Shown here piece by piece: positions 54,630-64,000 of a stretch of DNA of 64,000 nt (positions within the stretch are counted from its first letter, which is position 1; every line of letters starts with the position of its first letter). The DNA is taken from NCBI GenBank assembly GCA_009840385.1, contig VXNX01000013.1:84723-148722 (forward strand). Direction: 5' to 3'. The position numbers and the translations under genes were made by a program. Below the pieces are notes generated by a model. It had not been told where the DNA came from, did not search any database, and worked only from the letters and a program-made list of their open reading frames with translations. The stretch is from Candidatus Dadabacteria bacterium. GTDB lineage: Bacteria; Desulfobacterota_D; UBA1144; Nemesobacterales; Nemesobacteraceae.

Positions 54630-55046
54630 ATGTCTTTAGACCCGAAAGAACTCACGGGATGTCTTAAGGAAGTGCAAAAAGCGCAGAAATCTCTTGATCA
54701 TCTTCTTGACTTCGTAGACCTGATGAAAAACGTAAAGGAATCTTTCCCGGGAGATGTGGCGACTCCGGCTGAGAAAATCAGGGAGATTTCAAGCACCGTG
54801 GCGCCTTACATAAAAGAGATAAAAGCGGCTTTTGACGAGGAGCTGAACAAGGTTCCGATAAATGACGAAGAGGTTGAAGACGCTGCGAAGAAACTGGTTC
54901 TTTATCACGGAGACCACATGCAGGTTCTTATCTGGGCCGAGCAGCAGAAGGCAAACCACGAACCGGACTCCTACTGGTGGAAATATTGGAACGGTATAAC
55001 GGAAAACGTAAAAAAAGACATGGCGGAGCATCAAAAACAGCTCTGA
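54630..55046 (+). CDS. Hypothetical helical protein
   Basis: Strong SD (AAGGAGG) 7 nt upstream of the ATG at 54630. No recognisable motif. Confidence 0.5.
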   Translation: MSLDPKELTGCLKEVQKAQKSLDHLLDFVDLMKNVKESFPGDVATPAEKIREISSTVAPYIKEIKAAFDEELNKVPINDEEVEDAAKKLVLYHGDHMQVLIWAEQQKANHEPDSYWWKYWNGITENVKKDMAEHQKQL

Positions 55047-55138
55047 GGCTTCTCTCCAGACACGGCCTCCCAAAAATCCATCCGGACAACTCCAACTCCG
55101 AAGCCCCCGTGAAGTGATTCCCGCCCGCCCAAACCAAA

Positions 55139-56176
55139 ATGCAATTCATAGACGAGGCAAGAATAACCGTCATATCAGGTAACGGCGGCAACGGATGCGT
55201 CAGTTTCAGAAGAGAGAAGTTCGTCCCCAAGGGGGGGCCAAACGGCGGCGACGGAGGCAAGGGGGGAGACATAGTAGTGGTCGCGGACGCGAATATGTCC
55301 TCTCTTCTTGACTACAGGTACAAAAAGGAATACAAAGCCCAAAACGGGGAGCCCGGAAGGGGGAAGGACCAGCACGGAAAATCGGGTTCTGACCTCATTA
55401 TTCCGGTCCCCACGGGAACCATAGTGACATCCTGCGAAGACGGAGAGACGCTCGCCGACCTTACCAAAGACGGCCAGCGTTTTACAATAGTGCAGGGAGG
55501 AAGGGGAGGAAGAGGGAACTCAAGGTTCGTCTCACCGACTAACCGGGCGCCCAGAGAAGCGGAGAGCGGTCGGGAAGGACTGCGCCGGGAAGTGAAGCTC
55601 GAACTTAAGATACTGGCCGACGTCGGCATACTGGGATTCCCAAACGCGGGGAAATCAACCCTTATATCGAAAATCTCGGCCGCGAGACCTAAAATCTCAG
55701 GTTATCCGTTTACCACACTCGTCCCCAATCTCGGGGTCGTAGGCTACGGTGACTATCAGTCTTTCGTAATCGCGGATATCCCCGGGATCATCGAGGGAGC
55801 TCACAAGGGCCAAGGACTGGGTCTTCAGTTTCTAAAGCATGTCGAGAGAACCCGCCTTCTGGTTCACATGCTGGATCTTGACCCCATATCGGGGAGAGAC
55901 CCCGTGGAAGATTTTGACAAGATCAATTCAGAACTCAGGAAGTATTCAGCTAATCTTGCTGAAAAAACCCAGCTGGTGGTACTTAACAAGATTGACATCA
56001 CTGAAGCCAGGGAGTTAAGCGTTAAGACAGCCGAGAGATTTAAAGAAAGGAACATTGAAACCCTCAGCATATCCGCGGTCACGGGAGAAGGTTCGCAGGA
56101 GCTTGTTTACTCAATCGGGGAGAGGCTCAAGCTTCTTACTGAAGATTCTCGTAATCAATCTCCTTCCGCGGAATAG
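55139..56176 (+). CDS. obg: GTPase Obg/CgtA
   Basis: Gly-rich Obg fold GGNGCVSFRREKFVPKGGPNGGDGGKGG. G1 GFPNAGKST, G3 DIPG, G4 NKID. Confidence 0.95.
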   Translation: MQFIDEARITVISGNGGNGCVSFRREKFVPKGGPNGGDGGKGGDIVVVADANMSSLLDYRYKKEYKAQNGEPGRGKDQHGKSGSDLIIPVPTGTIVTSCEDGETLADLTKDGQRFTIVQGGRGGRGNSRFVSPTNRAPREAESGREGLRREVKLELKILADVGILGFPNAGKSTLISKISAARPKISGYPFTTLVPNLGVVGYGDYQSFVIADIPGIIEGAHKGQGLGLQFLKHVERTRLLVHMLDLDPISGRDPVEDFDKINSELRKYSANLAEKTQLVVLNKIDITEARELSVKTAERFKERNIETLSISAVTGEGSQELVYSIGERLKLLTEDSRNQSPSAE

Positions 56177-56558
56177 GCATCAAAGAGGCGTGGTGAAGTG
56201 CCATCTTCCATTCTCCATCCGCATGCTCAAATATGTTGGTTGCCTGAGCCAGCACGACAACCCTGCGATTGTCTAGCGAGTAAGTTGCCCTCTCAACACA
56301 GTTAAGCCAAGCCGAATTTCCCTTCACTTCAACAAAGAAATCAGAAATATCAACACGGTCAAATCCGCCCGTTTCAAAAATAGTTTTCCAGCTCTCTTTT
56401 ATAGCTTCCCACCCGAAAATTATCGGCCAGCCCGCATGGACGCACTTGGCCCGGCCATCGGTAAGCCAGACCTGTTCTATCAGATCGATATCGTAGCGGT
56501 TGCGGGCATCGTAAAATTTTCTGTTTGCCTTTATTATTTCGTCTTTTTCATAACTCAT
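56136..56558 (-). CDS. NTF2/SnoaL-like fold protein (DUF4440-like)
   Basis: 140 aa with an N-terminal pattern (ANRKFYDA...DLIEQVW) typical of SnoaL-like proteins. The 3' end overlaps obg convergently by 41 nt. Confidence 0.6.
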   Translation of the reverse strand: MSYEKDEIIKANRKFYDARNRYDIDLIEQVWLTDGRAKCVHAGWPIIFGWEAIKESWKTIFETGGFDRVDISDFFVEVKGNSAWLNCVERATYSLDNRRVVVLAQATNIFEHADGEWKMALHHASLMPIPRKEIDYENLQ

Positions 56559-56570
56559 AGAAAACAGGCC

Positions 56571-57719
56571 TCAGTTTCGCACGGAATCAATAGCATAATG
56601 AACTTCTTCTAGAACCTCTTCGTCGGTTTCGGTCTCAAGCAGGCGCTCAAGTTCAACCAGACATCCCTCGCCCTTGAGCTTCCAAAGCGCCCAGACCGCA
56701 TGAGCCCTTATGATCGGCTCATCATCACCGAGAAAGCCTATTACGTATTTTATATACTCCTTATTTCCCGAATTTCCAACAGCCACAAGTACATTTCTCA
56801 TAAAACCCCTGCGCTTGGCCCTTTTTACGGGACTTTTCCTGAAAACTTCCCGGAATCCGTCCCCGTCAAGTTCCATAAGCCATTTGAAATCAGGGCTGAG
56901 CAGTTTCTCGCGCGGATTGAAGCTTTCCTTCAGGGTGAAAAGGGCATCGTGGTTCCACGGACAGATATCCTGACAAATGTCGCACCCGAAAACATTGTTT
57001 TCCATCCCTTCCCTGAGTTCAAGCGGTATTTTCCCCTTAAGCTCTATTGTGAGGTAGGAAATGCATTTCCTGGCATCAAGCACATAGGGTTCCACTATGG
57101 CGTCGGTGGGGCAGGCATCTATACATCTGGTACAAGTACCGCAACGGTCCTCAACCGCCGTGTCGTAGTCAAGTTCAATATCAGTTATCACCTCGCCGAG
57201 AAAAAGCCAAGAACCGGCCCGCTGATTGATAAGACAGGTGTTTTTTCCTACCCACCCTATTCCCGAATGGCTGGCGTGCACCTTCTCGAGAACGGGACCC
57301 GTATCCACATAAGCCTTAACGCCGGATTTCTCGGGACAAAGACCCGTTATGTATTCGGAAAGCTCGCCGAGCATTTCCCCCATTACGTCGTGATAATCAT
57401 CTCCCCACGCGTACCTTGATATCCAACCGTCTCCCGAAGTCTCGGTTGAGTGGGGATTTTCCGTATTGTAGTTAACGGCGCAGGACACAACCGATTTGGC
57501 ACCGGGAAGAACCCTTTCCACCTCTTTCCTCTTCAAAAGACCCCTGTCAAGATAGCTCATCTCCCCGGCGTAACCCCGCCCGAGCCACCTCTCAAACAGG
57601 TCCGCTTCCCCGTAATGGCTCTCGACCGGACTTATCCCTACAAGGTCAAACCCAAGAGCGAGCGCATGATTCTTTATAAGTGCGGAAAGTCGGCGGGATG
57701 TCTTCATCTCAACACTCAA
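56571..57719 (-). CDS. queG: Epoxyqueuosine reductase QueG
   Basis: CGTCTRCIDACP and CDICQDICPWN ferredoxin motifs, plus C-terminal HEAT-like repeats. Confidence 0.9.
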   Translation of the reverse strand: MSVEMKTSRRLSALIKNHALALGFDLVGISPVESHYGEADLFERWLGRGYAGEMSYLDRGLLKRKEVERVLPGAKSVVSCAVNYNTENPHSTETSGDGWISRYAWGDDYHDVMGEMLGELSEYITGLCPEKSGVKAYVDTGPVLEKVHASHSGIGWVGKNTCLINQRAGSWLFLGEVITDIELDYDTAVEDRCGTCTRCIDACPTDAIVEPYVLDARKCISYLTIELKGKIPLELREGMENNVFGCDICQDICPWNHDALFTLKESFNPREKLLSPDFKWLMELDGDGFREVFRKSPVKRAKRRGFMRNVLVAVGNSGNKEYIKYVIGFLGDDEPIIRAHAVWALWKLKGEGCLVELERLLETETDEEVLEEVHYAIDSVRN

Positions 57720-58213
57720 CCCCCCCTCTTTGAGTTTACGATCAGGTTCCCAAGCTCCGTGAAAACCGCTTCTCCGTCAAAGTTTGATACGTAATTCGAG
57801 ACCATTCTGAGGTCAAGCGGAGCGGAGATGGGTACGACGGAAAAAACCCCGGAACAGAATAAATCAATGTCGGAGACTTCCGAGCCGAGCAGTACGCAGT
57901 CTTTTTTTTCCGCCCTGTTCCGAACGTAGCCGCGATCTTCGGTGACACGGTGGCCGTTTTTTTCGATCAGGTCCCCGAACCCGCTCGTCGAAGCAAAATG
58001 CCCTCCCCCGGAACCATAAAAAACGATCTCGGTGCCAAGGGAGTGAAACTCCCCAAGAAGCTCCGACGCGGAAAAATTCTCGGGAACCCCAAGGTCACCG
58101 TTTGACGGACGGGCGAACACCCCGACGTTTACCAGAAGGGTAGTGGCTTCGCGGAATATCTTTTCCATGTCCGTCCTGATCCTTGTCAAAACGTCTTTGC
58201 TGTGTTTTCGCAA
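57716..58213 (-). CDS. Hypothetical protein translationally coupled to queG
   Basis: Its stop overlaps the queG start by 4 nt. TTG start at 58213; alternative ATG at 58168. No recognised motif. Confidence 0.5.
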   Translation of the reverse strand: MRKHSKDVLTRIRTDMEKIFREATTLLVNVGVFARPSNGDLGVPENFSASELLGEFHSLGTEIVFYGSGGGHFASTSGFGDLIEKNGHRVTEDRGYVRNRAEKKDCVLLGSEVSDIDLFCSGVFSVVPISAPLDLRMVSNYVSNFDGEAVFTELGNLIVNSKRGG

Positions 58214-58242
58214 TTTACCCTAACTCCCGAAACTCTCTCAAG

Positions 58243-58248
58243 TATAAT
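58243..58248 (+). promoter_or_regulatory. Candidate -10 (GTATAATTG) 10 nt upstream of the rhomboid ATG
   Basis: TATAAT at 58243-58248, ATG at 58259, no SD. Confidence 0.35.
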
Positions 58249-58258
58249 TGTCACGATA

Positions 58259-58978
58259 ATGATACCGATTAGAAGCACAATAAAAACCGAAATCATACCC
58301 TACGTAAATTACACGCTTCTTGCCGTAAACATTGCGATTTTCGCGTACACCCTTTCTCTTACGGGTGAGTCACTTGAGATGTTCTACCAAACGCACGGTA
58401 TAGTGCCCAGCAAGATAACGGCTTTGGACACCTACGGATTTTTCGACAGGACGGCAAAGTATTTCAGTTCCATGTTCATTCATGAAAACTGGGTGCACAT
58501 AGCCGGGAATCTCATTTTTCTCTATATATTCGGAAACGGAATTGAAGATCTGCTCGGCCACACAAGATACCTGCTTTTCTATCTGGTGTGCGGGCTCGCG
58601 GCTGTATTTATTCAGGTGATCCTAAACTCTCACTCGGCAATCCCCGCAATAGGAGCAAGCGGGGCAATCTCCGGAGTTCTGGGTGCGTACATGCTTTTTT
58701 TCCCCAGATCAAAGATCCTTACGCTTCTCATAGTCCTGGTTTTTGTCCACTTCGTACGCATAAGTGCCTACCTGTTCATAATTTTCTGGTTTGCCGTTCA
58801 GTTTCTGACGGGAATCGGCTATATTGGTGACGCAGGAACCGAGGGTTTATGGGCGCATTTGGGGGGATTTGCCTGTGGAGCCATTGCCGGAAGCGGTTTC
58901 CTATACACGAGGGGATATCGCAGCAAAAAATACAAAGCTGGCTACGGAACCGGGTGGTACAGAAAAGATGGCGAATAG
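58259..58978 (+). CDS. Rhomboid-family intramembrane serine protease
   Basis: GASGAISGVLGAY (catalytic Ser) and AHLGGF (His). I chose ATG 58259 because the GTG at 58202 would overlap the divergent gene. Confidence 0.85.
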   Translation: MIPIRSTIKTEIIPYVNYTLLAVNIAIFAYTLSLTGESLEMFYQTHGIVPSKITALDTYGFFDRTAKYFSSMFIHENWVHIAGNLIFLYIFGNGIEDLLGHTRYLLFYLVCGLAAVFIQVILNSHSAIPAIGASGAISGVLGAYMLFFPRSKILTLLIVLVFVHFVRISAYLFIIFWFAVQFLTGIGYIGDAGTEGLWAHLGGFACGAIAGSGFLYTRGYRSKKYKAGYGTGWYRKDGE

Positions 58979-60215
58979 AAAAATGGACAATGTGGGAATA
59001 ATTGCGGCGGGAGGACCTGCTCCTGGGATAAACGGCGTTATCAGCTCAGCCACGATCGAGGCCAGAAACAGAGGGAAGAAAGTAATAGGGATTCTCGACG
59101 GGTTCAAGTGGATTTCTAGGGGAGACACCTCGAAAGTTCTAGATCTTGATATCCACAACACTTCGAGGATTCATACAACCGGCGGCTCGATTATCGGAGT
59201 ATCAAGACAAAGTCCCCTTGCTACTGAGGAAACCTTTAAAAACACGGTTTCCTCGATCGAAGAACTCGGCATAGGAAACCTGATAACCATAGGCGGCGAC
59301 GGAACAATGTTTCTCGCAAAAACGCTTCACGAGCGCTTCGGGGGAAGATTAAAAATAGCGCATCTGCCTAAGACTATAGACAACAATATCGCCCTTCCCG
59401 ACTACATATCAACCTTCGGATTCGAGACCGCAAGGGATGTGGGAGCGAAGATAATGAATAATATAATGGAAGAGGCGAGAACTACGGGCAGGTGGTTTCT
59501 GGTTATAACCATGGGGAGAAGAACTGGCCACCTTGCTCTTGGAATCGGGCAGTCAGCTGGAGCCACAATAACGATAATCCCAGAGGATTTCGAAGAGGAA
59601 AGAGTGCCGCTTGAGAAAGTCATAGCCATCCTCGAGGGTTCCATAATAAAAAGAATGAGCATGGGGAGGGAGTACGGAGTGGCGATACTCGCCGAAGGGA
59701 TGCTTGACAAGATAGATCCCGTTGACCTGGGACTTATGGACAAAGACGGCATGGGAAGAATAAGATACGTTGACGTTAACTTCGGTCAGCTTCTGAAAAG
59801 CACTCTTAGCGAAAAACTCTCCGAAAAAGGAGTCGAAGCGGAGCTAGTGCATAAAAGGTTGGGCTACGAACTCCGCTCGGCCAATCCGATTCCGTTTGAC
59901 GTCGATTATACGCGAAAGCTCGGCTACTGTGCCGTAAAGTACCTGCTCGGCGGAGAGGCAGATGGGGCTCTTGTATACGTAAGAACGGGAAAAATACAAG
60001 CGACCCCGTTTCAAGAACTAATAGATAAGAAAACAAACAGCATTAAAGTAAGATATATGGACAAGAACACAGAAGCCTACGAGGTTTCGCAGAAATACAT
60101 GATCAAGTTAAATCGCAACGATATCGAAACGCCCGCAACCCTTAAAAAACTCTCAAAACAGACCAACCTTAGCAGCAGCGAATTCAGGGAATACTTTTCA
60201 AAAATTTTCCGCTGA
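58968..60215 (+). CDS. pfk: 6-phosphofructokinase (ATP versus PPi specificity unresolved)
   Basis: GIIAAGGPAPGING, TIGGDGT, PKTIDNN. I chose the start at 58968 (MANRKMDN) over 58824. Confidence 0.9.
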   Translation: MANRKMDNVGIIAAGGPAPGINGVISSATIEARNRGKKVIGILDGFKWISRGDTSKVLDLDIHNTSRIHTTGGSIIGVSRQSPLATEETFKNTVSSIEELGIGNLITIGGDGTMFLAKTLHERFGGRLKIAHLPKTIDNNIALPDYISTFGFETARDVGAKIMNNIMEEARTTGRWFLVITMGRRTGHLALGIGQSAGATITIIPEDFEEERVPLEKVIAILEGSIIKRMSMGREYGVAILAEGMLDKIDPVDLGLMDKDGMGRIRYVDVNFGQLLKSTLSEKLSEKGVEAELVHKRLGYELRSANPIPFDVDYTRKLGYCAVKYLLGGEADGALVYVRTGKIQATPFQELIDKKTNSIKVRYMDKNTEAYEVSQKYMIKLNRNDIETPATLKKLSKQTNLSSSEFREYFSKIFR

Positions 60216-60299
60216 CGCCGTACGCTACGTTCGGTTCCAGCGCGAGCAGTTTCTCTGCGAAACCGACGGGACGGAAGTCGGAAGAAAGGCCAACCAACA

Positions 60300-61994
60300 T
60301 CAGTCCTTTATGTGATGTTTTTCGTGAACCGGTTTTATCAGGAGATTGCTTATCAACGCGATTATTAATAACGCCGCCATCACATACATCGTCGAGTTGT
60401 ACAAGGAAGCCGTCGGGTCTACTGTCCCTTCAGGCGCGATATCCATAAGTTTCGCAAGCGTTACGGTTTTATTTTGCACGAGTATCTCTAGGTCGCTAAC
60501 TCCGGCTCCGAAAGTCCTGACGAATTCATCTGGCGATACCTTTTCAGCGAGGCGATTGATTTCGGCCATAAGCGAACGATCTCTAAGCGAGGTGACCGCC
60601 AAGGGACCGAGCACGCCGGCGACGCTCCAAGCGGTCAGCAAACGTCCATAGATACCACCAACGTAACGAGTACCAAACAGGTCGGCCAGATATGCCGGAA
60701 CGGTGGCGAAGACTCCCCCGTAGAAAGTAAAAATTATCATCGTCGCCGCGTAGAACATTAACAGCCAGAAAATCGAAGGATTAAGGTTAACGTAATGGGC
60801 GGCCACAGGAATGGACAAATACAACAAAAAACCGGCCGCGCAAAATATCGAACACGTATTGCGTCGCCCTAGTTTATCGGAGGCACTCGCCCACATAACA
60901 CGCCCTAGCATGTTGAACATGCCGATCATCAAAACGTAAGTGGCGGCAAAGGTGACGTCAACAATATCCGGAAGCGCGTTACTGAATATCTCGGTCATCA
61001 TTGTCTTGGCGACAGAGATAATCCCGATGCCGGCTGTAACGTTAAGGCACAGTACAACCCACACTTGGTAGAACTGAGGTGTTTTTAACGCCTGATCCAT
61101 ATGCACATCTTTCTGACTGATCATTCGCTTGCTGGAATCCTTGCCGATCGGCGGCTCCCATCCCTGCGGCTTATACCCCGGAACCGGGACACGATATAAA
61201 AAGGCCGATACCATTATCACAAGAAAATAAACCGCTCCGAAGAAAAGAAAGGTCTGGGCGACTCCCGCGGAACCGGTGCCAACCACATACACTCCGGCTG
61301 CTTCGGTTCCGGGCGCCAGCACATGTGCCGCCTCGGCAGCCCCCGCGACAACGACCTCTTTGAGCTGACCGCCGACTTCAACAAAGCGTCGGCCCGAATG
61401 AGTGATCATATCGAGGGCGTCGGCCGTCCCCAAGTATTGAGGCGCCTTGTAAAAGTACTGGAGGAAAAATTCCTTAAGCGGCACCGCGATCATCGCCCCG
61501 CCGCCGAAGCCCATGATCGCCATTCCGGCGGCCAAGCCGCGTCGGTCCGGAAACCAGCGAATTAAATTGGTGACCGGAGAAACATAGCCTAAACCCAGAC
61601 CGATACCGCCGATTACGCCGTAACCCAGATAAATCAGCCACAATTGATGCAAAGTAACGCCGAGACTGCTGAGCATATAGCCGCCACCCCAAAAACACGC
61701 TGCCATCACACAGACCATGCGCGGTCCCACCTTCTCAACCCACTTGCCGGCAAACGCCGCCGTAAGCCCGGTGAACGCGATCGCGACGCTGAATATCCAC
61801 ACTACCTGACGCAGAGTCCAGTCGTCCGCCGCACTGGTGGCAACCCCAAGCACCTCAATTAACGCGGGATTATATATGCTCCAGGCGTAAACGGAACCAA
61901 TGCACAGGTGAATCGCAATAGACGGAGGCACAGCCAGCCAGCGGTTGAATTCCGGACCTCTAACGATACGTTCCTTTGATAAAAGACTCGCCAT
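60300..61994 (-). CDS. MFS transporter, oxalate/formate antiporter (OFA)-like, with extended central loop and C-terminal tail
   Basis: 12-TM pattern and an OFA-like N-terminus (IHLCIGSVYAWSIY). I chose the start at 61994; the longer ORF runs into tRNA-Thr. Confidence 0.85.
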   Translation of the reverse strand: MASLLSKERIVRGPEFNRWLAVPPSIAIHLCIGSVYAWSIYNPALIEVLGVATSAADDWTLRQVVWIFSVAIAFTGLTAAFAGKWVEKVGPRMVCVMAACFWGGGYMLSSLGVTLHQLWLIYLGYGVIGGIGLGLGYVSPVTNLIRWFPDRRGLAAGMAIMGFGGGAMIAVPLKEFFLQYFYKAPQYLGTADALDMITHSGRRFVEVGGQLKEVVVAGAAEAAHVLAPGTEAAGVYVVGTGSAGVAQTFLFFGAVYFLVIMVSAFLYRVPVPGYKPQGWEPPIGKDSSKRMISQKDVHMDQALKTPQFYQVWVVLCLNVTAGIGIISVAKTMMTEIFSNALPDIVDVTFAATYVLMIGMFNMLGRVMWASASDKLGRRNTCSIFCAAGFLLYLSIPVAAHYVNLNPSIFWLLMFYAATMIIFTFYGGVFATVPAYLADLFGTRYVGGIYGRLLTAWSVAGVLGPLAVTSLRDRSLMAEINRLAEKVSPDEFVRTFGAGVSDLEILVQNKTVTLAKLMDIAPEGTVDPTASLYNSTMYVMAALLIIALISNLLIKPVHEKHHIKD

Positions 61995-62042
61995 TGGCTG
62001 TACCACGTAGTTAGTCGAGGAGGTGGAGCTGAAGCTACATAC

Positions 62043-62114
62043 AGCCGACGAGGGGATTCGAACCCCTGACCTGCTCATTACGAGTGAGCTGCTCTACCAC
62101 TGAGCTACATCGGC
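62043..62114 (-). tRNA. tRNA-Thr (CGT)
   Basis: Hand-folded cloverleaf with acceptor GCCGATG/CGTCGGC and anticodon loop CTCGTAA. CCA is not encoded. Confidence 0.9.
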
Positions 62115-62239
62115 AGTAATAAGCCTTTAATTTTGCCACAGTAAAAGTCTTTGTAAACATGATCCCTTCAACAATCACCTTAAGCTAATAGGATCCGAAA
62201 GCATACAATTAAATATGGGTGGGCGTATCTTGTTTTATA

Positions 62240-63637
62240 TCAGGGTGCCATATCCACGTGAATTTTTCTGGCCGCAAATTCCGCTGAACGCACGCAATCG
62301 GGAATCCCAACGCCCAAATAAGCCGCTCCGCAAAGCGCAAGCCCCGAGTGACGCGAAAGTCGGTGCATAACGCCCGAGATATCCTCTTTGTGCCCCAGCG
62401 CAAAGCGCGGCATGGACATCCTATATCTCCTGATATAAATATCCGTCGGATGATTATCGAATCCAAAAACTCTCGCAAGTTCTTCCCTTAAGACGGATTT
62501 TATTTCTTCCTCATCCCAAAGCACCGCATCGGGGTTAAGCTCTCCTCCGAGAAAACACCTGATCACCACTTTTCCGCTCCCGGACTTTCCGGGAAACTTG
62601 CTGCTGTAAAGCGAACAAGCAACGAGGTTCATTCCCTCTCTGGAAGGAATTATGATTCCCAAGCCCTCGGGAAGACCGCGGAAATCCTTTTCCTCAAAAA
62701 CAAGAGTCGCGACAACAGAAGAAACATAGCGCACGCCCGAGAGCCTCACTCCAAGCTGCGGATCGATATCGGAAAGCAGCAGGCCGGCCGCATCGGCCCC
62801 GACAGACAGGATGACAGCGTCAAACTCCTCTTCTCCACGGTCAGAGCCGACAAGCCATCCCTTTTCTGATTTTTTAAGGGAAAGAACCGGGGTCTCAAAA
62901 TCCTGCCTCGCAAATTCGGCACTTTCGCAAAGTCTTTCGGCGATAATGGACATACCTTCCGCCGGAGTGAGAAAAAGACCGTACCTGGCACCGCTTTCCC
63001 CACGGGACGTCGGTGGATTGCGAAGAAGGTCCCAAAGAACGCTTCGGCTTCGCTGCTCCATCTCAAGGAACTGCGGCATGGTGGCCAAGAGGCTGAGCTT
63101 ATCCGGGTCGGCCATGTATATCCCGCCCAGAAGAGGCTGCGCGGCCTTCTCGAAGATTTCCCTTCCGAACCTCCTTTCTACAAAAGAACGGACGCTTTCA
63201 TCCCCTCCCCCACCGCGGGGAACCAGAGGCTCAAGAAGCACCCTGAGCTTGGCCCCGGCGCTGAAAAGTCCGCTACGCAAAAAGGGAAGAAGCTTTGAGG
63301 GAGCCATCAGGAAAAAACCTTCGGGAAGCGCCGAAAGCCTTTCCTCCTGATACACGAACGTATTCTTTCCCTTGCCGTATCCCACCCCAAGGAGCGAATC
63401 CCCCAGTCCGAGTTCCCTTGCAAGATCAAGCGCCCAAGGCTTTGACGTTATAAAGGAATCGGGTCCGAGTTCAAGAACCATGTCCCCCTTTTTTACGGTA
63501 TCCAGAACCCCACCTGGACGCTCAGAGGACTCGAAAAGAACAAGCTCAAGGGGGACACTTCCCTCCCGGCAAAGCTTTCTCAGGTAATGGGCCGAGGAGA
63601 GACCCGAGATTCCCGCGCCGACAATAGCGACTTTCAT
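62240..63637 (-). CDS. hemY: Protoporphyrinogen / coproporphyrinogen III oxidase (HemY/CgoX family, FAD-dependent)
   Basis: MKVAIVGAGISGLS dinucleotide-binding motif. 465 aa. Adjacent to ferrochelatase. Confidence 0.85.
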   Translation of the reverse strand: MKVAIVGAGISGLSSAHYLRKLCREGSVPLELVLFESSERPGGVLDTVKKGDMVLELGPDSFITSKPWALDLARELGLGDSLLGVGYGKGKNTFVYQEERLSALPEGFFLMAPSKLLPFLRSGLFSAGAKLRVLLEPLVPRGGGGDESVRSFVERRFGREIFEKAAQPLLGGIYMADPDKLSLLATMPQFLEMEQRSRSVLWDLLRNPPTSRGESGARYGLFLTPAEGMSIIAERLCESAEFARQDFETPVLSLKKSEKGWLVGSDRGEEEFDAVILSVGADAAGLLLSDIDPQLGVRLSGVRYVSSVVATLVFEEKDFRGLPEGLGIIIPSREGMNLVACSLYSSKFPGKSGSGKVVIRCFLGGELNPDAVLWDEEEIKSVLREELARVFGFDNHPTDIYIRRYRMSMPRFALGHKEDISGVMHRLSRHSGLALCGAAYLGVGIPDCVRSAEFAARKIHVDMAP

Positions 63638-63652
63638 ACCAAACTATCTTAC

Positions 63653-64000
63653 TTACTGCTGGGAGTTTTCTGAATCGATAAGCCTCAGCACCCCGTCACC
63701 CAAGGCCTTTATGTAGCGGTCATCATCGTTTACGGTCTCAGCCCTGTAAAGGTTCACCCCGCACTCACGCGCGGCTTCGCTTGCTTCAACACCTATATCG
63801 AAAAGTACCTCGATATGATCGCATACAAACCCTATCGGCTGAATCACAATATCCGTAAAACCCCGGTCAGCAAGATTCCTTATCACGTCGCATACGTCCG
63901 GTTCAAGCCACTCCTCGTTTGGAGAACCGCTCCTGCTCTGATAGGCAACCATCCATTTTTTGTGCCTAGCTCTGTCCGCCACCAGCATGGCGGAAGTTTC
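63653..64000 (-). CDS. hemH: Ferrochelatase, C-terminal part (gene runs off the window)
   Basis: IQPIGFVCDHIEVLFDIGVEA block. The reading frame is open to the window edge. Confidence 0.8.
   Translation of the reverse strand, partial: ETSAMLVADRARHKKWMVAYQSRSGSPNEEWLEPDVCDVIRNLADRGFTDIVIQPIGFVCDHIEVLFDIGVEASEAARECGVNLYRAETVNDDDRYIKALGDGVLRLIDSENSQQ

Noticed and set aside
61995-62078. N-terminal 28-codon extension of the MFS ORF
   Set aside because: The extension runs into tRNA-Thr (62043-62114). The homologous OFA N-terminus begins at the ATG at 61994.

Overview
A 64-kb bacterial chromosomal segment, probably from an uncultivated lineage. It is densely coding, with about 60 protein genes and 4 tRNAs (His-GTG, Arg-TCT, Pro-TGG, Thr-CGT). 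I found no rRNA and no CRISPR array. All protein calls come from motifs I recognise in the supplied translations; no database search was run. The backbone is housekeeping: htpG, hemB, rpmE2, aat, msrA, recO, argJ, pyrD, ychF, recF, obg, queG, pfk, hemY/hemH, a late futalosine-type menaquinone module (radical SAM, UbiD-like, UbiX, UbiA-like), an aceB-aceA glyoxylate-shunt pair, mgtE, pilD and a Cdc48-like double AAA+ ATPase. Three patches look accessory. (1) 1-15.4 kb holds a partner-switching and histidine-kinase sensor module. It is followed by a neighbourhood of sterol-type tailoring enzymes: an Erg6-like sterol C-24 methyltransferase, a Rieske oxygenase, an Erg25-like hydroxylase overlapping an Erg26/3beta-HSD-like dehydrogenase, and an RND-superfamily exporter. 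A DUF1295 membrane protein lies 6 kb further on. A low-GC islet with a solitary GIY-YIG nuclease interrupts this neighbourhood. No squalene epoxidase or oxidosqualene cyclase is in the window. (2) 41.39-45.29 kb is a 3.9-kb islet bounded by imperfect ~45-bp inverted repeats with a perfect 17-bp core. It carries a nuclease-methyltransferase fusion, a specificity subunit with two near-identical halves (BcgI/Type IIB-like, no HsdR), and an internally deleted IS1595-type transposase relic. (3) 46.9-47.8 kb is an AT-rich orphan patch beside two tRNA genes. A TATAAT-TCCC promoter-like motif recurs in the window, and several genes look leaderless. I rank the sterol-tailoring locus as the most interesting candidate system and the inverted-repeat-bounded restriction-modification islet second.
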